In this document: positions 19,657 to 27,228 of the stretch, piece after piece
How positions within the stretch are numbered: position 1 is the stretch's first letter
Layout: each line of letters starts with the position of its first letter
Program-made: the position numbers and the translations under genes
Source of the DNA: an uncultured Lachnospiraceae bacterium
GTDB taxonomy: Bacteria > Bacillota > Clostridia > Oscillospirales > CAG-272
Direction of reading: 5' to 3'
Length of the DNA: 43,897 nucleotides
NCBI GenBank assembly: GCA_964472845.1
Contig: CAYYND010000003.1
Span: 1-43,897, forward strand
The notes under the pieces: model-generated
What the model was told of the DNA's origin: nothing
The model's input: only the letters and a program-made list of their open reading frames with translations
The model's database searches: none

Positions 19657-19916
19657 TTCCTTTCGTTCTCGATCACGTCAAGTATGTTTTCTTTAAAAAA
19701 TTCTCTGAAATTCTCTCTTGTCACTCCGACGTGAATATCATCGTTTACCTGAACGGTAACTCCGACGCGGTTGCACTTTCCGATGCAAAAGCTACCGGAA
19801 AGTACGACCTCGTCCTCAATATGATATTCCTCAACGGCTTTCTCAAGGAGCTCGACGATATCGTACGAGCCCTTGAGGTGGCAAGACGAGCCAACACAAA
19901 CCTGGACAAACAGCAT
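19653..19916 (-). CDS. Thioredoxin-like [2Fe-2S] ferredoxin (NuoE/HndA-like small protein), copy 2
   Basis: 87 aa. Cx4C...Cx3C pattern (CVGSSCH...FCIGKC). Paralogue of the adjacent 81-aa ORF. Confidence 0.7.
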   Translation of the reverse strand: MLFVQVCVGSSCHLKGSYDIVELLEKAVEEYHIEDEVVLSGSFCIGKCNRVGVTVQVNDDIHVGVTRENFREFFKENILDVIENERK

Positions 19917-19918
19917 AA

Positions 19919-20164
19919 TTATTTTACCTTAGCAAGTACTTCTTCCGCGAAAAATTCACCTACGTTTTCAGGTGTAACTGAATAAAACGAATCGTTTACG
20001 GTAACGCAAACGCCCTGCTGGCATTTTCCCATACAGAAGGTGCCGCTGAGCTCTACTTTGTCACCGACCTTGTTTTCGGCGATAAGATACTGAAGCTGTT
20101 CTACTACTTGACGTGAACCCTTGATATGGCAGGAGCTTCCGATACAAACTGTTACTTTAATCAT
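19919..20164 (-). CDS. Thioredoxin-like [2Fe-2S] ferredoxin, copy 1
   Basis: 81 aa. CIGSSCH...FCMGKC. Separated from copy 2 by 2 nt. Confidence 0.7.
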   Translation of the reverse strand: MIKVTVCIGSSCHIKGSRQVVEQLQYLIAENKVGDKVELSGTFCMGKCQQGVCVTVNDSFYSVTPENVGEFFAEEVLAKVK

Positions 20165-20232
20165 AATAATTACCTCTCAATGTATAAAAAGTATGAAAAT
20201 CATTTTTGGTATTGAAATTCTGTGGAATGATC

Positions 20233-20982
20233 TTATTCGTAATCTACAACGCCGACCCAGCTCATAAGGAATTCGCGTTCTTTTTCGTTGCCCTTTACAG
20301 ATTGTGAAGCGGCTACGATGGGCATCCATTTCTGTACGTATTGCTTAGCGGTATCGCTCTTTTTGCAGAAGGTGTCAAGATATATCTGCGCGCCCGTGAT
20401 GTCTCCGTTCAGCCAGAAGAGAAGATATGTTCTGGCGGCATCTGCGGAAGCGTTACCTTGCGTTGCGTGTGACCAATCTATTATATACGGAGCACCGTTC
20501 TCGGCAATGATTATGTTGGAGGGGTTGAAATCTCCGTGGCATACCTTGTTATGCTTTGGCATGCTCTCAAGGCGTGTGTGAAGATCGTAACGGGTGGTTG
20601 CGTCAAGATCCGTCTGAGCGATCTTGCGGCTCATCTTATCCTTGAGCTTATTGAGAAGGGGAGAGGTCTTTTCGTGAACGCTCATCTGAATATCAACGAG
20701 CAGTTCGATGTACTCTTCCTTTTTCTCGGGAGCTTCTTCCATAAGCTGTGCCAGGGTCTTTCCTTTAATGTATTCGGAAACGATCGCCCATTTGCCGTCT
20801 ACCATGGTGACTTCAAGGATCTTGGGAATGTTAAGCCCTGTTTCCTCGATCCTTGCCTGATTGAGTGCCTCGTTCAGAACATCTGCTTTTGAATATTCCG
20901 AATTAAAAACCTTTATACATTTATCACCCTCACGGTATATCGTCTTGCTGTTTCTTACTGCTATTACTCTGTCAAGTTTCAT
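20233..20982 (-). CDS. APH/choline-kinase-fold protein kinase-like phosphotransferase
   Basis: 249 aa. Catalytic loop CHGDFNPSNIII and IIDWSHATQGNASADAARTY, an APH-type HxDxxxxN...IDW pattern. Starts 18 nt downstream of adhE. Confidence 0.7.
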   Translation of the reverse strand: MKLDRVIAVRNSKTIYREGDKCIKVFNSEYSKADVLNEALNQARIEETGLNIPKILEVTMVDGKWAIVSEYIKGKTLAQLMEEAPEKKEEYIELLVDIQMSVHEKTSPLLNKLKDKMSRKIAQTDLDATTRYDLHTRLESMPKHNKVCHGDFNPSNIIIAENGAPYIIDWSHATQGNASADAARTYLLFWLNGDITGAQIYLDTFCKKSDTAKQYVQKWMPIVAASQSVKGNEKEREFLMSWVGVVDYE

Positions 20983-21000
20983 TTTTGATTCCTCCTGCCG

Positions 21001-23697
21001 TTAGGCTTTCTTTCCCTTGCGGTAAGGGGTCTTGACCGCATCGGGCGTTATTTCGGATATATCAGACGCAGGCATATCCGCCTCTACGAAGTGCTTGCCG
21101 TAATATGCGTTGAGATACATCTGCTTGATCTCGCTCATAAGAGGATAACGCGGGTTAGCACCTGTGCACTGATCGTCAAATGCCTGTTCTACCATATCGT
21201 CAAGGCGAGCCAAGAAGTCATTTTCGTCGATACCGTAATCCTTTATGTTCTTCTTGATACCTACGCGAGCTTTAAGGTCGTTGATGGCTTCAATGAGCTT
21301 CTCAAGCTTTTCTTCATCGGTTTTGCCACCGAGTCCGAGGTAATCCGCAACCTCAGCATATCTTGCGAGCGTATGAGGATGATCGTACTGCGAGAAGGTA
21401 CCCATCTTAGCAGGAGCCTCTGCGGCATTGAAACGAAGTACCTCTTCGATCATAAGCGCATTTGCTACGCCGTGGGGAAGGTGATGGAACGCACCGAGCT
21501 TGTGAGCCATTGAGTGACATACGCCAAGGAATGCGTTTGCGAATGCCATACCTGCCATTGTAGCGGCGTTAGCCATCTTTTCTCTTGCTTCAACGTCGGT
21601 CTGACCGTTGTCGTAAGCTCTGGGAAGGTATTCAAAGATCACCTTGAGCGCACGGAGTGCAAGACCGTCTGTGTAATCAGTCGCCAACATAGCGGCATAC
21701 GCCTCAAGCGCATGCGTTACTGCATCGATACCCGATGCAGCTGTCAAGCCTCTCGGAGCCGACATATGGAAGTCTGTATCGATAATAGCCATATTGGGAA
21801 GCAGCTCGTAATCCGCGAGAGGATACTTAACACCTGTCTTTTCATCCGTGATGACTGCGAAGGGTGTGACCTCGGAGCCGGTACCTGCGGAGGTGGGGAT
21901 AGCGATGAAATATGCCTTTTCGCCCATCTTCGGGAATGTGTATACTCTCTTACGGATATCGATAAATCTCATCGCCATATCCATAAAGTCTGCCTCGGGA
22001 TGCTCGTAAAGTACCCACATAATTTTGCCGGCATCCATTGCGGAGCCGCCGCCGAGCGCTATAATGGTATCGGGCTGGAATGCTCTCATCTGGGCTGCGC
22101 CTTCCATAGCATTGGCAAGCGTCGGATCGGGCTGAACATTGAAGAATGTAGTGTGCTGGATCCCCATTTCGTCGAGCTTATCCGTGATCGGCTTGGTGTA
22201 TCCGTTCTGATAGAGGAAGGTGTCAGTTACGATAAACGCCTTCTTTGCGCCTCTTACGGTCTTCAGCTCGTCGAGAGCTACGGGGAGGCAACCCTTTTTA
22301 ATATATACCTTCTCGGGGGTTCTGAACCAAAGCATATTTTCTCTCCTCTCGGCAACTGTTTTAATGTTGATAAGGTGCTTTACACCGACGTTTTCGGATA
22401 CGCTGTTACCGCCCCAGGATCCGCATCCGAGCGTGAGCGAGGGAGCGAGTTTGAAGTTGTAAAGATCACCGATACCGCCCTGCGAGGAGGGAGTGTTTAC
22501 GAGGATACGGCAGGTCTTCATTCTTGCGGCGAACGCACTGAGCTTTTCCTTCTCGGTTACTTCATTGAGATAGACGGAAGAGGTGTGACCGTAGCCGCCA
22601 TCGGCAACGAGTCTGTCTGCTTTGTCAAGCGCTTCTTCAAAGGTCTTTACCTTGTACATAGCGAGTACGGGCGAAAGCTTTTCGTGTGCGAATTCCTCGG
22701 AAAGCTCTACGCTCTCGACTTCACCGATGAGGATTTTAGTGCCCGCGGGAACCTTAACACCCGCAAGCTCGGCGATCTTAGCAGCCTTCTGACCTACTAT
22801 CTTGGCGTTGAGCGCGCCGTTTATGATGATAGTCTTTCTGACCTTTTCGGTTTCCATAGGATCAAGGAAATAGCATCCTCTTGCCGCAAATTCGGATTTT
22901 ACCGCATCATATATGCTTTCGAGAACGATCACAGACTGCTCGGATGCGCATATCATACCGTTGTCGAAGGTCTTTGAATGAATGATCGAGTTGACCGCAA
23001 GAAGGATATCCGCACTTTCATCGATTATTGCAGGTGTGTTACCGGCACCGACTCCGAGAGCAGGCTTTCCGCTGGAATATGCGGCTTTAACCATGCCGGG
23101 ACCGCCTGTCGCGAGAATTATATCCGCTTCCTTCATAAGTGTGTTTGTCATTTCGAGAGAGGGAATATCTATCCAATCTATGATACCCTCGGGAGCACCT
23201 GCGGCAACTGCGGCTTCAAGAACGAGCTTTGCAGCGGCAATGGTGGCACCCTTTGCTCTGGGGTGAGGGCTTATAATAATGGCATTGCGTGTCTTGAGCG
23301 CGATAAGGCACTTGAAGATCGCGGTGGATGTGGGGTTCGTTGTCGGGATGACCGCCGCGATAACACCTATAGGCTCTGCGATCTTTTTGATACCGTATGC
23401 CTTGTCTTCCTCTATAACGCCGCACGTCTTTGTGTCTTTGTAAGCGTTGTAGATGTATTCTGCGGCGTAGTGATTCTTTATTACCTTATCCTCAACTATG
23501 CCCATACCTGTTTCTTCGACAGCAAGCTTTGCCAGCGGAATTCTTGCTTTGTCTGCAGCAGATGCTGCGGCAAGGAATATCCTGTCAACCTGCTCCTGGG
23601 TGTAGGTCGCAAACAGTTTTTGAGCCGCTCTTACGCGTGAGAGCGCTTCGTGCAGCTTTTCTACGCTGTCGACGATTTCATAAGCTTTGGGTTCCAT
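21001..23697 (-). CDS. adhE: Bifunctional acetaldehyde-CoA / alcohol dehydrogenase
   Basis: 898 aa. An N-terminal ALDH domain and a C-terminal iron-ADH domain (GGGSAMDAGK, histidine-rich metal site HSMAHKLGAFHHLPHG). AGGAGG RBS. Confidence 0.95.
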   Translation of the reverse strand: MEPKAYEIVDSVEKLHEALSRVRAAQKLFATYTQEQVDRIFLAAASAADKARIPLAKLAVEETGMGIVEDKVIKNHYAAEYIYNAYKDTKTCGVIEEDKAYGIKKIAEPIGVIAAVIPTTNPTSTAIFKCLIALKTRNAIIISPHPRAKGATIAAAKLVLEAAVAAGAPEGIIDWIDIPSLEMTNTLMKEADIILATGGPGMVKAAYSSGKPALGVGAGNTPAIIDESADILLAVNSIIHSKTFDNGMICASEQSVIVLESIYDAVKSEFAARGCYFLDPMETEKVRKTIIINGALNAKIVGQKAAKIAELAGVKVPAGTKILIGEVESVELSEEFAHEKLSPVLAMYKVKTFEEALDKADRLVADGGYGHTSSVYLNEVTEKEKLSAFAARMKTCRILVNTPSSQGGIGDLYNFKLAPSLTLGCGSWGGNSVSENVGVKHLINIKTVAERRENMLWFRTPEKVYIKKGCLPVALDELKTVRGAKKAFIVTDTFLYQNGYTKPITDKLDEMGIQHTTFFNVQPDPTLANAMEGAAQMRAFQPDTIIALGGGSAMDAGKIMWVLYEHPEADFMDMAMRFIDIRKRVYTFPKMGEKAYFIAIPTSAGTGSEVTPFAVITDEKTGVKYPLADYELLPNMAIIDTDFHMSAPRGLTAASGIDAVTHALEAYAAMLATDYTDGLALRALKVIFEYLPRAYDNGQTDVEAREKMANAATMAGMAFANAFLGVCHSMAHKLGAFHHLPHGVANALMIEEVLRFNAAEAPAKMGTFSQYDHPHTLARYAEVADYLGLGGKTDEEKLEKLIEAINDLKARVGIKKNIKDYGIDENDFLARLDDMVEQAFDDQCTGANPRYPLMSEIKQMYLNAYYGKHFVEADMPASDISEITPDAVKTPYRKGKKA

Positions 23698-23718
23698 TTT
23701 TATGTGTCCTCCTAAAAA

Positions 23719-24342
23719 TTATTTACTGATTTGATTATTGAGATATGCAAGGGAGAGCGCTAAATTTTCCTGTTTGAGAAGTATACCTTCGGGGATCTTT
23801 AACGTGCAGGGAGCAAAGTTCCATATAGCCGTGATCCCGCTTTCGACAAGCTGATCACAGACCTCTTGAGCTGAGCCACGTCCGACCGTGATTATGCCGA
23901 GCTTTATGTCATTCTCTTTGCAGAATGTATCAAGAGTACTTACCGGCAAAATAGCCTTGGAAGTATTTCCTGTCCGAATGATCTGCTCATTGCAGTCGAA
24001 TGCGGCGACTATTTTTACTCCGAACTCTTCAAATCCGTCATAATCCAAAAGCGCTTTGCCGAGTTTTCCCGCTCCGACAAGGACCGCATGCGTCAGCCTG
24101 TCATATCCGAGATGACCTTCTATGTCGCTTATAAGCGCGCTGGTTACGTATCCTATCTTCGGTTTTCCCGCACCGCTTACTGCCGCAAGGTCCTTGCGCA
24201 CCTGAACCTCGCCGAGCGACAAGCCCTTGGCGATCGCGGTCGCGGATACGGTGCTGTACTCAAGCTCGGGTAAGCTTTTAAGATATTGAAGATACTGCGG
24301 AAGTCTTCCGAGTGTTGCTTTCGGTATGCTGTATCCGTTCAT
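23719..24342 (-). CDS. rex: Redox-sensing transcriptional repressor Rex
   Basis: 207 aa. N-terminal winged helix (IPKATLGRLPQYLQYL) and a Rossmann motif LVGAGKLGKAL. Its stop lies 21 nt upstream of adhE. Confidence 0.9.
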   Translation of the reverse strand: MNGYSIPKATLGRLPQYLQYLKSLPELEYSTVSATAIAKGLSLGEVQVRKDLAAVSGAGKPKIGYVTSALISDIEGHLGYDRLTHAVLVGAGKLGKALLDYDGFEEFGVKIVAAFDCNEQIIRTGNTSKAILPVSTLDTFCKENDIKLGIITVGRGSAQEVCDQLVESGITAIWNFAPCTLKIPEGILLKQENLALSLAYLNNQISK

Positions 24343-24362
24343 TCGCCACCTCCTTGATTTTA

Positions 24363-24379
24363 TCGTTAATATTTTATCA
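24363..24379 (-). promoter_or_regulatory. Candidate Rex operator overlapping the rex promoter -10
   Basis: The minus strand reads TGATAAAATATTAACGA, against the clostridial Rex consensus TGTTAA-N4-TTAACA (2 core mismatches). The background is AT-rich, so chance cannot be excluded. Confidence 0.3.
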
Positions 24380-24399
24380 TACTTTTTGCATTTTGGGAA
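24371..24399 (-). promoter_or_regulatory. Candidate promoter of the rex-adhE...ldh block
   Basis: On the minus strand: TTCCCA (24394-24399), a 17-nt spacer ending in TGa, then TAAAAT (24371-24376). Confidence 0.4.
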
Positions 24400-24406
24400 T
24401 TATTAA

Positions 24407-24467
24407 AATGTTATATCGGTGTTATGCTTATCGATATAACATTAATCGATAAGCAAGATATCGATTA
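24407..24467. repeat. Four (A)TCG(A/G)T palindromic cores phased every 15 bp, forming two overlapping inverted repeats
   Basis: ATCGGT lies at 24415 and ATCGAT at 24430, 24445 and 24460. AATGTTATATCG (24407-24418) is inverted with respect to CGATATAACATT (24432-24443). CTTATCGAT (24427-24435) is inverted with respect to ATCGATAAG (24445-24453). Confidence 0.6.
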
Positions 24468-24497
24468 AATAAGGCGATGCGCAGTATGATCGGAGGA

Positions 24498-25427
24498 TCA
24501 GTTGTTATTCAGATATTTTCTTTTTGATTCGCAAAGTTCAGTGATAAACTGCTTGTCGAGCTCTGTTAGTTTGTATCCGTTACGGTATATGAGGACATCT
24601 TTATATATCTTTTGGTTATCGGCGCATTTTTTCTGAACAAGATCGTACCTGTCGAGCATCTTCTTGGGAGCGGGGGAGACCCACATAAACGTATCCGAAT
24701 TTTTTGAAAGCAGATCAAATTGGCTGGCTCTCTCGAATATAAATATACGCCTTTGGATGCTGTCACGAAGTTCTTCCTTTACCACCTTTGAAAGGGGCAT
24801 AGACGGAACATAAGGGTCCGCGTGAGCTATTTCTATATACGGGAGCAGATCGTCGCAAATTATCTCGTCCTTTTGAGCGAGGGGATTGTCTCGGCTCATA
24901 ATCAAAACGTAAGAAAATTCCGAGATCATCTCGTACGCCAGCCCTTTTTCATCAAGCATATCTTTGAAATATCGGTCGTAATTGTCGGCGTATCGAATTA
25001 TTCCGAGCTTGTAATCCTTGTTCAAAATATTATTTATGGCGCGTTGAGAGTTGGTCTCTTTGTAAAAGATCTCCGCGGGATCGTCACTTAAACATTTGGA
25101 AAATTCGGCAAATGCCTCCGATATATAGCAAGCGCGGGGGACAGATACTGAGAACTGCTGCTTTTTCGGCGCTCCGTGCTTGTACAACATTTCGACTTCA
25201 TCGATCTGCTTGAGTATACTCTGAGCGTAATTTATGAATTCTTCGCCTTCGGGAGTCAACACCATTCCTTTGGCACTTCTGTTGAATATTGTGATTCCGA
25301 GATCAGCCTCAAGCTCTTTTATTGAGCGGCTAATATTTGGCTGAGCAATTATCAGCGACTCCGACGCTTTATTGAGCGATCCGAGGCGCGCTACCTCGAC
25401 CGCGTATTTCATATGAAGTATATTCAT
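24498..25427 (-). CDS. LysR-family transcriptional regulator
   Basis: N-terminal HTH (MNILHMKYAVEVARLGSLNKASESLIIAQPNISRSIKELE) and a LysR substrate-binding C-terminal domain. I prefer ATG 25427 over the GTG at 25460. Confidence 0.85.
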   Translation of the reverse strand: MNILHMKYAVEVARLGSLNKASESLIIAQPNISRSIKELEADLGITIFNRSAKGMVLTPEGEEFINYAQSILKQIDEVEMLYKHGAPKKQQFSVSVPRACYISEAFAEFSKCLSDDPAEIFYKETNSQRAINNILNKDYKLGIIRYADNYDRYFKDMLDEKGLAYEMISEFSYVLIMSRDNPLAQKDEIICDDLLPYIEIAHADPYVPSMPLSKVVKEELRDSIQRRIFIFERASQFDLLSKNSDTFMWVSPAPKKMLDRYDLVQKKCADNQKIYKDVLIYRNGYKLTELDKQFITELCESKRKYLNNN

Positions 25428-25478
25428 AAACGTGGTATCCCTTCGTTTAGTGGATTTCACAAAAATTCTTCAGTTTAT

Positions 25479-25507
25479 ATTATAACATATAACGACTTAA
25501 AAATCAA
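25479..25507 (-). promoter_or_regulatory. Candidate promoter of the LysR gene
   Basis: On the minus strand: TTGATT (25502-25507), a 17-nt spacer ending in TGt, then TATAAT (25479-25484). The dyad TTATAT-N6-ATATAA (25475-25492) overlaps the -10. Confidence 0.5.
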
Positions 25508-25777
25508 GACTTTGACGATATAATTTATAATGTTATCGTAGCATTTTTGCTGTAATTTCGTATGGACAACGGGAGACGATTATGATATAATTGTTTTGAG
25601 GCGGTTGAACTTTACATATAAAGCTCTGATGACGTCATAAATCATATATCTTTTGGAATTATCGCACAATTCTCGTATGTCGAGAGTGATTCTTGACTTT
25701 TGGGGTGGTATTCTTTCTGACGACATGGTAGAATGTAAGCACAATACATCAGAGAACGCAAGGAGGATGTCTTTACT

Positions 25778-26098
25778 GTGGAAAGAAAAACAATAGGAAA
25801 ATTTATATCGGTATTGCGACGCGCAAACGGAATGACCCAAAGAGAACTCGGAGAGAAGCTTTTTGTATCCGACAAGACCGTGAGCCGATGGGAGCGTGAC
25901 GAATGTACTCCCGAGCTTTCGCTCATACCCGTAATTGCCGAGATATTCGGCATAACGACAGACGAGCTTTTGAGAGGGGAACGAAACAATTCCGACGCTT
26001 CGAGAAATACAGAAAATGTTGAACTGATCGAAAGGCAAAAAGCGAAGAGCGACCGACAATTTCGGTTTATGCTCAATAAAAAAACAGCGGGATTATAA
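25778..26098 (+). CDS. XRE-family helix-turn-helix protein (possibly the N-terminal part of a split HTH-membrane protein)
   Basis: 106 aa. HTH_3 signature GKFISVLRRANGMTQRELGEKLFVSDKTVSRWERDECTPELSLIPVIAEIFGITTDELL. GTG start behind an AGGAGG RBS. The ORF ends just after an A7 run. Confidence 0.75.
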   Translation: MERKTIGKFISVLRRANGMTQRELGEKLFVSDKTVSRWERDECTPELSLIPVIAEIFGITTDELLRGERNNSDASRNTENVELIERQKAKSDRQFRFMLNKKTAGL

Positions 26099-26111
26099 AA
26101 ATCTAACGCTG

Positions 26112-27164
26112 ATGTCAATAGGCTTGACGTTGCTTGGCATCATAATAACCGCGATAATCAATTTGGGCTTTTCAAAGGGCTTGATAGCTTTTTGTGTCGG
26201 CACGGCGTTTTGTATAGCAAGCGAGATGAGTCAGATATGTATAAGCGTTAACGCGCGGCTTATCTATGATGAGGAGGAGGCATACGCCGAAAAGATAGAT
26301 GCTTACAATACGTCGGTCATTATGACATCGGTCAGAGTCTCGTTCTTTAATATTGCCGCATTTGCGTTTTGCTTGCCGCTCGTTACCATTATCGACGGAG
26401 CTAATTTCGGCTTGAAATTCGGCTTTTGGTTAGAATACGGAGCGCTGTTCGCGTCTGTATGCGCAGTCGTTTCCTACATTGTTTACGAGCTTTTGATAAA
26501 AAAACTTTTGATGAAGCGATGCTTGATATCTCTATCGGATACCCAAAAAGAAATAATGTCTCGCAACACCAAGCTTCTCAAAAAAACTTTTGCGATTTCG
26601 TTAGGTATAGCCTTAGCAATTCTTGCCGTGATCGTGTTGCTGAATACTATCATCCGTGCAATCGGTCCAAAGAAGTACGTATTTGACAATTGCGAGGATT
26701 TTAAGACCTTCGTGCAAAACGATTACGACCGTTGGTACAACGAGGGGTATCGTTATTATGATAATAACGGCGATGTTGTAATAAGTTATCCCATAGGCGG
26801 TGTTTACGTTGAAGGGGATAAGGAACCCATCTGGTCCGGGGGTGAAGAGAATGAAGAATATCCGCGGAAGATATATGCCGAGATTACCAATTCAAAGGGC
26901 GAGATAATTTGCGAATACTACTATAATCCGGATCTTTACTATGATATTACGTTTACCGAGTTTACGAATGACAAAATGCCCGTGACTGTGATAACAAAAG
27001 AGGACTATTACGCGCAGCTTGACGTGAATTCAACGATCGAATCTTTCATATATTTTCTGATATGCGTCGATATTGTGATCTCGATCGCGATATATGCGAT
27101 CAAGTTGTATAAGATCAAAAGAAGCGTGCAGACCGATCGGCTCGATACACATAAAAATAAATGA
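26112..27164 (+). CDS. Multi-pass membrane protein (possibly the C-terminal part of the same split gene)
   Basis: 350 aa. About 5-6 hydrophobic helices and a Tyr/Asp/Glu-rich soluble loop. No good RBS. The reading frame is open upstream to 26028. Confidence 0.6.
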   Translation: MSIGLTLLGIIITAIINLGFSKGLIAFCVGTAFCIASEMSQICISVNARLIYDEEEAYAEKIDAYNTSVIMTSVRVSFFNIAAFAFCLPLVTIIDGANFGLKFGFWLEYGALFASVCAVVSYIVYELLIKKLLMKRCLISLSDTQKEIMSRNTKLLKKTFAISLGIALAILAVIVLLNTIIRAIGPKKYVFDNCEDFKTFVQNDYDRWYNEGYRYYDNNGDVVISYPIGGVYVEGDKEPIWSGGEENEEYPRKIYAEITNSKGEIICEYYYNPDLYYDITFTEFTNDKMPVTVITKEDYYAQLDVNSTIESFIYFLICVDIVISIAIYAIKLYKIKRSVQTDRLDTHKNK

Positions 27165-27171
27165 AACAAAG

Positions 27172-27203
27172 AAGCGTACCGCTGCAGTTGTGCAACGGTA
27201 CGC
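27172..27203. terminator. Bidirectional hairpin between convergent genes
   Basis: AGCGTACCG (27172-27180) pairs with CGGTACGCT (27195-27203). Confidence 0.55.
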
Positions 27204-27228
27204 TGAATTATTTAATGCTTAATGCCGA

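Noticed and set aside
21514-22977. A 487-aa plus-strand ORF, together with the 220-aa ORF at 22978-23640, antisense to adhE.
   Set aside because: These are shadow ORFs of a very strongly conserved minus-strand gene. Their translations are Cys/Arg/Gly-rich low-complexity sequence, and they have no RBS and no recognisable domain.
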